Shown here: positions 52,375-64,000 of the stretch, piece after piece
Numbering within the stretch: the first letter of the stretch is position 1
Layout: each line of letters starts with the position of its first letter
From: the human T2T-CHM13v2.0 reference genome, Homo sapiens
DNA length: 64,000 bases
NCBI GenBank assembly: GCA_009914755.4
Contig: CP086569.2
Coordinates: forward strand, 608,001-672,000
Direction of reading: 5' to 3'
The notes under the pieces: generated by a model
Database searches by the model: none
What the model was told of the DNA's origin: nothing
Seen by the model: only the letters and a program-made list of their open reading frames with translations
Translations under genes and position numbers: made by a program

Positions 52375-52498
52375 GTGTTTTTTGAGATGGAGTCTCTTCT
52401 CTCACCCAGGCTGGAGGGCAGTGGCATGATCTTGGCTCACAGCAACCTCTGTCTCCTGGGTTCACGCGATTCTCCTGCCTCAGCCTCCCGAGTAGCTG
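52375..52498 (-). mobile_element. Alu right-arm fragment
   Basis: ttttgagatggagtctcttctctcacccaggctggagggcagtggcatgatcttggctcacagcaacctctgtctcctgggttcacgcgattctcctgcctcagcctcccgagtagctg. Confidence 0.8.
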
Positions 52499-52748
52499 TA
52501 AACTTTCACAACTGCGAATTTTTTCTCCTTCTCACTGTCCCCAGGGACAGTGTCCCAGGGAAGGGACAGCCCTTCCCAATTCGATCTCCCTTGTCAAGCC
52601 TGTTAGTGCCTCAACTTCCACTTTGAAAAGTCACGTCAACGCTGCCTGAATGTGCGGTTGTCCTTAAAAGACCGTTTGAATGAATTGTATTGTGTTTAGT
52701 GCAAGGACAAGGAGGATTGGGGTGGAAATGTGGAAGGGAAACCTCATC

Positions 52749-52750
<2 letters not shown>

Positions 52751-52800
<50 letters not shown>
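52751..52800. repeat. (GT)n microsatellite
   Basis: 25 uninterrupted GT dinucleotides. Confidence 0.95.
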
Positions 52801-52801
<1 letters not shown>

Positions 52802-54039
52802 CATTAACGTGCTGCCACTCAAATGCACCTGTTTCCTCTCAAGGAAAGTCACTTTCAAGAAAGATGCGGTGGAAAGTCGTTTGTTTGTGATCACCGGCGT
52901 GTTGGAACACCGGGCTGGTGAAAGCAAATAATGCTGTTACCTCGTCGTCATACTGTCACTGGATACGTTTTCCTGGGGTGCAGGGAAGCTCCTTCTGATA
53001 TAATACAGGGTGAAGAGATTCCCCCAAGAAGCCGTTGTTTCGGAGTCGAAACAAAGAAAAGCTTTTGCAAAACCCCCTGTCTCTAATTTCGTTTTAGAAA
53101 ATTAGATACTCAGAATTTTGCCTAAGATAACTGTATTACCGGGATGCAATTTGCTGTAGGTTGCTAGCTTTCCTGCGCGGGATCCCTTAATAAAAAGTGT
53201 CAGTTAAAATGAAAATACAGCTTGGGTAATTAAATTTAATTGGATCTTGTCACTTTACATCCGCTTCGTTTTGGAGGGTTTCTACGGAATTGCAGCTACC
53301 CGGTTTGCTAATTTCTTGACGGCAAGCTGCTGAGGAGAAGCTGACCCTCCTCTAATCAACTGACACCCTGTTTTTGCCAGGACTCTGAACCCTGCTAGTG
53401 ACGATAAACAAAGAAAAGGGAAGGAAGGGCTTAGGGTAGGAAAAGAGGGGGATGGAGTTATCTGTGGGTGATTAACTTGTTCTCCCAGCGAGTGAGCTGC
53501 TATTGTTACCATTTGCAGGGGAGGAATCCCAGCTCTGAGAAAAGGCAGTGATTTTTCCTACCAGGACGGATTTCCATCCCTGCGATATAATATCCGCAGA
53601 TGTTTCTTCTAAACACTGTGAGCACCTACAGGGCAGCCACCCTTTACTCAGAGAGAGCCAATGCTCTTAATGCATGATGGTTCTGGAGGCCACGTCTCCC
53701 AAATCAGCCTCTCTGCGCTACCGTGAACGGGTGTGCAGGACTGAGTTCCTTCTGCAGGTTCCAGGAGACAATCTGTACTTTGGTGTTTTCTGGGTCCTAC
53801 AGGAAACCCACAACCCTTGGCTCCTGGCTACGCGTCTCCTCTCCTTCTTCCTCTTCTGTCTCCTAATCTCCGCCTGTCTTCATCACACAAGGACCCTTGG
53901 GATTCCATCGGCCCACGTGGATAATCCCAGGTCACCTGTCCATCTGCCCGTAACTGAATCACATCTGGAAGCACCTGTTGCTATGAGTGCTCACATGCTC
54001 GTAGCTTCTAAAGATTGGGACCTGGGTATCGTTGGAGGT

Positions 54040-54535
54040 CCTCATTGAGCTGATCATGGGGAATAGAGAGTGTCAGGCCTCTGAGCCCGAGCTAAGCCAT
54101 CATATCCCCTGTGACCTGCACGCATACATCCGGATGGCCTGAAGCAACTGAACATCCACAAAAGAAGTGAAAATGGCCAGTTCCTGCCTTCACTGTTGAC
54201 ATTCCACCATTGTGATTTGTTTCTGCCCAACCGTAACTGACCAATGTTGTTTATAATCTCCCCTACCCTCAAGAGGGTTCTTTGTAATCTCCCTAACCCT
54301 TAAGAAGGTTCTTTGCGATTCTCCCCACCTTTCAGAATGTACTTTCTGAGATCCATCCCCTGTCCCCAAAGCATTGCTCCTATAACTCCACCGCCTGTCC
54401 CCAAACCTATAAGAACTAATGATAATCCCACCACCCTTTGCTGACTCTCTTTTTGGAAACAGCCCGCCTGCACCCAGGTGATTAAAAAGCTTTATTGCTC
54501 ACACAAAGCCTGTTTGGTGGTCTCTTCACACGGAC
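54040..54535 (+). mobile_element. LTR12 (HERV9 LTR)-like fragment, 3' portion
   Basis: Tandem ~30-bp subrepeats ctttgtaatctccctaacccttaagaaggttctttgcgattctccccacctttcagaatgtactttctgagatccatcccctgtcc..., then ...cctataagaactaatgataatcccaccaccctttgctgactctctttttggaaacagcccgcctgcacccaggtgattaaaaagctttattgctcacacaaagcctgtttggtggtctcttcacacggacgcgtgag; matches LTR12 from memory. Confidence 0.55.
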
Positions 54536-54759
54536 GCGTGAGACAGAGATATTCCAGCAAATATCGGTCAGTGAGGGCTTGAGAAAGGGGGGAGGCCAAA
54601 GACTGGTCTACACCGGCTGACCCCGCCTGCCGGCTCACAGGGCATTTTCTCCTGCGGCCAGAGTTCCATCTCCCACCACAGCTCTGCAGACACAGCATCC
54701 AAAAATCAAGAATGCTGGATGCATGGAGAGAGTGGGCTTATCCTGAAGTCTGAGGAAAG

Positions 54760-54838
54760 AAGGAAGGAAGGAAATAAGGAAGGAAAGAAAGTAGGGAGGA
54801 AAGAAAGAAGGAGGGAAGGAATGGAGGAAGGAAGATTG
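54760..54838. repeat. (GGAA)n purine tract (left arm of inverted repeat)
   Basis: aggaaagaaggaaggaaggaaataaggaaggaaag... then aagattggctcaagttatcctcccacctcatcctccc = reverse complement of 55532-55680. Confidence 0.9.
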
Positions 54839-54903
54839 GCTCAAGTTATCCTCCCACCTCATCCTCCCGGTAGCTGCACTGTAAGTCTGGATTGTAAAAG
54901 TTA

Positions 54904-55347
<444 letters not shown>

Positions 55348-55394
55348 CTACAAAGTCTTCACAGAGGTGTGGGCTGCACTCTGAAAAAAAAAAA

Positions 55395-55563
55395 AAAAAA
55401 AACTTTGGGAGGTGGAGGCAGGAGGATCACTTGAGCCCAGGAGTTCAATACCAGCCGGGACAACACAGTGAGACCCTGTCTCTACCAAAAACAATAAACA
55501 AATATTAACCAGAATAGTGGCACACACCTGTAGTCCAGCTACCTGGGAGGATGAGGTGGGAGG
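55395..55563 (+). mobile_element. Alu fragment (older subfamily)
   Basis: ctttgggaggtggaggcaggaggatcacttgagcccaggagttcaataccagccgggacaacacagtgagaccctgtctctaccaaaaacaataaacaaatattaaccagaatagtggcacacacctgtagtccagctacctgggaggatgaggtgggaggataacttgagcc. Confidence 0.8.
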
Positions 55564-55564
55564 A

Positions 55565-55680
55565 TAACTTGAGCCAATCTTCCTTCCTTCCTTGCTTCCT
55601 TCCTTCCCCTCTTTCTCTTTCCTTCCATACTTCCCTCTTTCCTTTCTTCTCTTCCCTTTTCCTTTCCTTCTTCCTTTCTT
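55565..55680. repeat. (TTCC)n/(CTTT)n pyrimidine tract (right arm of inverted repeat)
   Basis: aatcttccttccttccttgcttccttccttcccctctttctctttccttcc... Confidence 0.9.
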
Positions 55681-55814
55681 ACAAATAAATAATGAGTATA
55701 ATAAAAAATAAATAAATAATAAATAAATAATGAAATTAAAAATAAAATAAATCAATTAGTAAAATAAAAACAGAAAAGGTTTTTACTTTATAATAATACT
55801 ATTAATATTAATAG

Positions 55815-56168
<354 letters not shown>

Positions 56169-56578
56169 TAGCTTTTGACAGCCTGGCATATCATGTCTTA
56201 TGTAAAACCTTCTAATTTATAGAGGGCCTCAGGTTTAATCTTACACATTCTCCCGCCGTATCCTAAATTATCAATCATTTTAATGACATGTAAAAAAAAA
56301 TAACAAGCAAATCTTAGAGGACATCCTTATCGCCTATTTTAATACAATTTCCTAAATCAAACATCATAGGGAAGCTCATATAAAAAACTTACGCCTAGCA
56401 AGAAATTAAAGAAATATGTACTTAGGGCAATCAACGTTACACGGATAGACTTACCAGATCTTTAATTTTATACAAACGAGCTTCTCTTCGTATTAAAAGA
56501 CGCATCTGGCTTTTTGAATGACAGACTCACCGGGTCCACATATGCAGAGACGTCTTTGGAATCATAAATACTAGCTAG

Positions 56579-56941
<363 letters not shown>

Positions 56942-57484
56942 ATATTCCTGCTGTTTTAAACCCATCTGTGCATTGGACTTTGCTACCGCAGCCCTACGAT
57001 GCTGATGAGGATGGTGATTTTTGTTTGCTAAATCATAGGTTTCTGCCTGTTTAGAAGGCAATTTAAGCGCGAATGAAATGAATCTGCTATCTGTGCAGGG
57101 CCCTCGCCAGCCATCTAACCAGCCATCTTCGACGTGGCCACTACCCCTTATTAGCAGCAGTTCCTGGCACCCACAGCCTCCCACACCCAGAAAGCAAACT
57201 TACAGTTTGACCACCAAAATTTAAAAGTATGTGGCTGTACGGATGACCCCGCTTGTTTGAACTCCCAAGGAACAGAGGAGCTCTTGTTTTACAAGTTTAT
57301 TGCACGATGATATACTTTAATTTTATACAAACGAGCTTCTCTTCGTATTAAAAGATGGTATACAGTGGAGAGAGTATGTTTGGATGTTGGAAAAAAATCT
57401 CGGAAAGAGAGAGTCTTTTGTAACTGGGTATACACAGGTGCCAGCCTCTTGCTGTCCATTTGGGAGAGTGCTTTTTTAGAAATT

Positions 57485-57910
57485 TTTGAAACAGGGTCTG
57501 GCTAGGCTGCCCAGGCAACAGTGCAATGGTGCAATTATAACTCACTGCAGCCTCAATCTCCTGGGCTCAAGCAGTCCTCCTGCCTCAGCCTCCTGGGTAG
57601 CTGGGACTACAGGAGTGTGCCACCAAAGTCAGCTAATTTTTTATTTTTTACTTTTTGTAGAGGTGGGGTCTTGCTACATTGCCCAGTCTGGTCTCAAACT
57701 CACAGGCTCAAGCAGTCCTCCTGCCTCAGCCTCCTGGGTAGCTGGGACTACAGGCTTGTGCCACCACAGTCAGCTAATTTTTTATTTTTTACTTTTTGTA
57801 GAGGTGGGGTCTTGCTACATTGCCCAGTCTGGTCTCACACTCAGAGGATCTCCTGCTTCAGCCTCCCAAAGTGCTGGGATGACAGGCATGCACCACCACA
57901 TCCTGCCAGT
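57485..57910 (-). mobile_element. Old Alu (AluJ-like) with ~148-bp internal tandem duplication
   Basis: ttgaaacagggtctggctaggctgcccaggcaacagtgcaatggtgcaattataactcactgcagcctcaatctcctgggctcaagcagtcctcctgcctcagcctcctgggtagctgggactacagg...; unit ...ctaattttttattttttactttttgtagaggtggggtcttgctacattgcccagtctggtctcaaactcacaggctcaagcagtcctcc... occurs twice. Confidence 0.8.
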
Positions 57911-58365
57911 TTGAGCCAGTTCTATTCCCATGTCCCAGAGCTTCATTGGACCAATGACCGGGCATTTCATTCCCTCTTCCCCAAGAACTGAAGCGGATGA
58001 GCTTTCTCTTGGATGTTGTATGTTAGTGCTGGGATCTGTCAGTAGAGAAGGGTGCATGCCTGCCTTTTTGGAGCACACACATATAGACACACAGACACTC
58101 TCTCAGTGGCTCTTGACCTCTAACCATCAAGGCTGGGTGCGTGCATGGCCCCAGGATCCCAAGCATCCCTCAGGGGCTGACACTGATTGTTCGGTCTTCT
58201 GGTCAACCACTCAGTAAGTTCTTCCTCAGGCTCCTTGCTCACCTTGGCCACCATCCCCACTCTAAACGTTCCGGGGGCTCTCCTGTCCTGGCTGCAATGA
58301 TGCCCCAGGATTCTTGGGGACAGGGGATTCTATGGGGACTCACCGAAGAATGAGAAGGGTAGCAA

Positions 58366-59554
58366 GATAGTTAGATCATAGCTAAATAGATAATAGGTAG
58401 ATGATAAATAGATAGATGAAAGAGAGTAGATAGATGGTAGCTATAGGTGATAGATAGACAGATAATAGGTAGATGATAGGAAGGTAGTAGATAGATGTAG
58501 ATTAGATAGACAGATAGGCAGATGATGGAATGTGAGTAGATGAATAGATAGATGATAGATAGATACATACATACGTACATATATACATACATAAATACAT
58601 GATAGGATGTAATGGATAAAAGATAGAGGCACAGATGATAGAATGTGCGTGGATGAATAGATAAAAGATAGATAAAAGGATGTGAATGTATGAATAGACA
58701 GATAACAGATGGATGGATGGATAGATAATAGGATATGAGTGGATGAATAGATAGATAAACAGATGATAGGATGTTAGTGGATGAATAGATAGATGGATAG
58801 ATAGATGTGATGGTGGGTGGATAGGTGGATGAACAGATAGATAGATATATGGATAGGTGAATAGATAGATACTAGACAGATGTGATGGGTGGATGGATAG
58901 ATGGATGGATGAATAGATTGATAGATTGATCAATAGATAGAGAGATGATATATGGATTTCTTTTAATAGATATGACAGATAGTAGACAGATGATAGATGA
59001 ATAGATGGATAGTTATTAATAGATAGATAGACAGAAAGATGATAGAATGTGAGTGGATGAATTGATAGATGATAGATAGATAGATAATATATAGATAAGA
59101 TAGATACATAAATAGATACATAGATAATAGGATGTAATGGATAAAAGATAGATATACAGATGATAGAATGTGAGTGGATGAATAGATAAATGATAGATGA
59201 TAGAATGTTAGTGAATGAATAGACAAATGATAGATAATAGGATGTGAATGTATGAATACGTAGATAATAGATGGGTGGATGGCTACATAGGTAGATAGAT
59301 AGACACATAGATTGATAGATAGGTAGATAGATAGATAGATGATAGATAATAGGATATGAGTGGATGAATAGACAGATAGATGATAGATAGATAATAGGAT
59401 ATGAGTGGATGAATAGATAGATACATAGATGTGATGGTGGATGAACAGATAGATACATGGATAGATGAACAGATAGATACTAGATAGACATGATGGATGG
59501 ATGGATGGATGGATGGATGGATGGATGGATGGATAGATCGATCAATAGATAGAT

Positions 59555-59596
<42 letters not shown>

Positions 59597-59610
59597 CAGA
59601 TAGATAGACC
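58366..59610 (+). repeat. GATA/GATG/GGAT-derived complex minisatellite, ~1.2 kb
   Basis: gatagatgatagg..., agatagataataggatatgagtggatgaatagatag... recurring, (ggat)n at ~59470-59535, clean (gata)n at 59550-59600. Confidence 0.95.
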
Positions 59611-60214
59611 TTCATGAAAAAATTCCCTACATTTAGTAGAATGCACTAGGACCTTACCCCTGGGGATGCTGAAACTTAAGTTGAGATTTGGGTCAACAAC
59701 ACAATGATTGTTTTCCAGGACGTGGCATCTGCTGATTCTGGGGACCAGCCTGAGGGAAGGCACGAATTTTGTCCTCCTTCTTCCAGAAGGAGGCCTCTTT
59801 GCAAATGGTTCTTGGGGAGAAAGTTTGCCTCTGGCTCTTTGGTATATTTCTGCATCTCAAGGGACATTTCTATCTCAACCTAATACTGAATTCCTCTTGG
59901 ATGAGTCTCAAAATCATGGTGTTTCTCTTCAGTTTCATGACTGGAGGGGGTGAGAGTCGGTGGGGTGGACACACCCATCCTCAGGACAGAGTCAGCAAGG
60001 AAATAAATATACTCCTGGTTCTCTAGTGGAGAGTTTAGCAATTTAACCTGAGAGGTTTGAGACTACCTACTCTATTTTCACGAGCAGTCTTGGATTTGGG
60101 GCCTCACTAAAGAAACTCATAAAATGCAAAGCACAGATGTAGAAAATGACCAAGAAAGAAAACAACTCGAAAATCAGTTTTAGGATGAGCCCAGGTTAAA
60201 AACGCAGCATACAA

Positions 60215-60541
<327 letters not shown>

Positions 60542-61192
60542 TCATTCGAACCCATTCTTAGTCATCTTTGTGAGATTAAAAAACCACAAATTCTGATTCA
60601 CTGGGATAGGGTTGAGACAGAAATCCATGCGAGTTTGAAAAGCATGTAAATTAGCTCAGACATTTTCAAGCACACACGGGGATTAAAACTCAGCCAACAG
60701 CTCTTCACTGTTGGGCCGCTCTATTACCAGGACTTTGATAAAAAGATGAAAGTGCACTGAAATGGTGGTCTTCAGTAGGTGAACTCTTCTGCTCAGAGGT
60801 TTTCCTATAGCTGAGATATTCTCCTGTGTCTTGTCCCTGCCTTTACTTTCACATATTAGTAGAGAATGAAAAGTTGAAGAATTTGACTTCACTTTGGGTG
60901 TTCGTTGGTGCAATGGATATGGTTGTCTGTTGAAGGGAGTGAACCTCTGAAAACGAAGCCATGGGCTGGCTCTCAGAGCTAAGATAAAATATAAGATGTC
61001 ATGAAGACCAAAGAGAGGAGAACCAGTGAAACTGGAATACAGAGTCCCAGACAATACCCTGGCTGGGTGGAGAAGATGCATGGATTTCATTGATAAGAGA
61101 CTGCAGGATTGTAAGACAGATGTACAAAATGGCTCAGAGAGAAAACTTGGGGTCTTTCTCTAGCCTGCTCCCAACATCTGATTTCTTTTTTC

Positions 61193-61464
61193 TTTCTTTC
61201 TTTTTTTTTTTTTTTGAGATGGAGTCTTGCTCTTTCACCCAAGCTGGAGTGCAATGGTGTGATCTCAGCTCACTGCAACCTCTGCCTCCGGGTTCATGCA
61301 ATTTTCCTGCTTCAGCTTCTTGAGTAGTGGGGATTACAGGCGCCTGCCACCATGCCTGGCTAATTTTTGTATTTTTATTAGAGATGGGGTTTTGCCATGT
61401 TGACCAGGCTGGTCTCGAACTCCTGACCTCAGGTGATTCACCTGCCTCGACCTCCCGAAGTGCT
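61193..61464 (-). mobile_element. Alu SINE, truncated at 5' end
   Basis: T-rich head, gagatggagtcttgctctttcacccaagctggagtgcaatggtgtgatctcagctcactgcaacc... to ...gattcacctgcctcgacctcccgaagtgct. Confidence 0.85.
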
Positions 61465-61744
61465 TTTTAAAAAATTTTCTTAGTATTTTTTTTTTCAAGG
61501 AGTCTTCAACAGCAGGAACCACATCTGAATTCTAAACCTCTCTTTTCCAGCTGATGACAACGTTGCCTTCTCTGAGTGTTTGACCCATCAAAGCCAAACT
61601 CTTTCTTCCACCATCTCCTGAAGGCACCATCTTGGTTGGCCACTGAAGTAGGCTGAATGTTGATGACCTGGAGAAATAGATCCTTGTCCTAATCCCTAAG
61701 AAGCAGAGAATGTTCACTTACGTGGTAAAAAGCGTCTTTGCAGA

Positions 61745-62905
61745 CATGATGAATGAAGAATCTTGAGATGAAGAATTATCCTGGATTATCTGGGTGGACT
61801 CTACATCCAATGGCAGGTGTCCTTCTGGGAGACAGAAGAAGAGACACAGACACAGAGGAGAAGGCCACGTGGAGACGGAGGCAGAGACTGGAGTGATGCG
61901 GCCACAAGCCCAGGGACGCCTGGAGCCCCCAGGAGCTGGGAAAGGCAGAAAGGATCCTCCACTAGAGCCTCCAGAAGGAACTAGACAGAGTTGTAATGGA
62001 TTGAACAGTGGCCATGAGATAGACACGTTCATGTCCTAACCCCCAGAACCTGGAATGAGATCGCATTTGGAAATAGGGTCTTTGCACATATAATTAGTTA
62101 AGGATCTTGAGAGGAAATCGTCTTGGATTAGGGTGGGCTCTAATTCCAATAACAAGCATCCCTGTAGGAGACAGAGGAGGAGACACAGACACAGAGGAGA
62201 AGGCCACAAGGAGACGGAGGCAGAGACTGGAGTGATGCGTCCACAAGCCGAGGGATGCCTGGAGCCCCCAGGAGCTGGGAGAGGCAGGAAGGACCCTCCC
62301 CTGGGGCCTCCAGAAGGAACTGGATACAATTGTAATGGATTGAACAGTGGCTGTCGGAAAGACGTATTCATGTCCTAACTCCCAGGACCTGGAATGAGAT
62401 CGCATTTGGAAATAGGGTCTTTGCACATATAATTAGTTAAGGATCTTGAGAGGAAATCGTCTTGGATTAGGGTGGGCTCTAATTCCAATAACAAGCATCC
62501 CTGTAGGAGACAGAGGAGGAGACACAGACACAGAGGAGAAGGCCACAAGGAGACGGAGGCAGAGACTGGAGTGATGCGGCCACAAGCCGAGGGATGCCTG
62601 GAGCCCCCAGGAGCTGGGAGAGGCAGGAAGGACCCTCCCCTGGGGCCTCCAGAAGGAACTGGATACAATTGTAATGGATTGAACAGTGGCTGTCGGAAAG
62701 ACGTATTCATGTCCTAACTCCCAGGACCTGGAATGAGATCGCATTTGGAAATAGGGTCTTTGCACATATAATTAGTTAAGGATCTTGAGAGGAAATCGTC
62801 TTGGATTAGGGTGGGCTCTAATTCCAATAACAAGCATCCCTGTAGGAGACAGAGGAGGAGACACAGACACAGAGGAGGAGGCCACATAGAAATGACGGCA
62901 GAGTC
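61745..62905. repeat. Satellite-like tandem array, 339-bp unit x ~3.4, central units ~99% identical
   Basis: Units 62043-62381 and 62382-62720 differ at only ~2 positions (supplied minus-strand ORFs 62036-62371 and 62375-62710 translate identically); unit contains ...ggaaatagggtctttgcacatataattagttaaggatcttgagaggaaatcgtcttggattagggtgggctctaattccaataacaagcatccctgtaggagacagaggaggagacacagacacagaggagaaggccacaaggagacggaggcagagactggagtgatgcg... Confidence 0.95.
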
Positions 62906-63379
62906 CATCTAATTCAGGACACTCTCAACTTGAAATCCTGAATTTAACGTGTCTGTAAACACCTTATTTTTAATTAAGGTTACAAATAGTGTCCTGGCAA
63001 CGGTGTGTTTTAGGGGACACTTTAAGCTAATACAGAGAGTGACAGCTGATTCTTGTAATTATCACAGAAAGGGAATTTTCATTTGCTGGAAGAGAGAAGA
63101 AAGCAGAAATTAAACAGGCAGTTTCTTCCACGTTGCTTTGGGCTCTGTTTGATTGCATTTACTCCAACCTCTGATGCCCTGAAGTGAAGGGTTTGGACTA
63201 CAAACCTCAAATGGGCTTCCAGCTCCAGGAATTTATGAACTTGCATTTTTTTTTTTTTGTTTTTGGTCTTTTGACAGAGGCCCTGAAGCGGCTACAGTAG
63301 AAGAAAAACAAATCTTCTACGAACAGAGAATTACTCTGGAAGGTCAAAAGCTAAGCTTAAAAGGATCTATTAAAACTCA

Positions 63380-64000
<621 letters not shown>

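Overview
This window is not a prokaryotic locus. It is catarrhine-primate (human-like) nuclear DNA that is very repeat-dense.

**Interspersed repeats**
- More than 60 Alu SINE copies or fragments are present, several with the AluY diagnostic core.
- There are L1 3' and ORF2 remnants from both a young L1PA-like family and old L1M-like families.
- There are two THE1-type MaLR solo LTRs and an LTR12-like fragment.

**Tandem repeats**
- A 2.6-kb GATA-derived complex minisatellite, with two related arrays elsewhere in the window.
- A 339-bp satellite-like tandem array with near-identical units.
- An 89-90-bp minisatellite of about 14 units.
- A 130-150-bp CA-rich VNTR.
- Several 200-560-bp purine/pyrimidine mirror tracts.

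**Coding and RNA content**
- None of the supplied ORFs is a credible protein-coding gene. They are translations of Alu elements (the '[16 protein letters not shown]...' type), L1 ORF2 remnants, or low-complexity simple repeats.
- I see no rRNA, tRNA, CRISPR array or defence/metabolic operon.

**Unique sequence worth follow-up**
- A CpG-island-like block at 38.1-39.05 kb carries a TATA-box-like motif and is a candidate promoter.
- Several unique blocks retain CpG to an unusual degree for non-island primate DNA: 0.6-1.5 kb, 28.9-29.85 kb, 41.15-41.47 kb, 43.06-43.87 kb and 52.8-53.65 kb. This is the signature of constrained regulatory elements or germline-unmethylated DNA.
- The region shows an unusual density of local tandem duplications inside Alus and of inverted repeat arrays. 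This suggests a structurally unstable, probably polymorphic locus.

Coordinates of repeat boundaries are hand-derived and may be off by a few bases.
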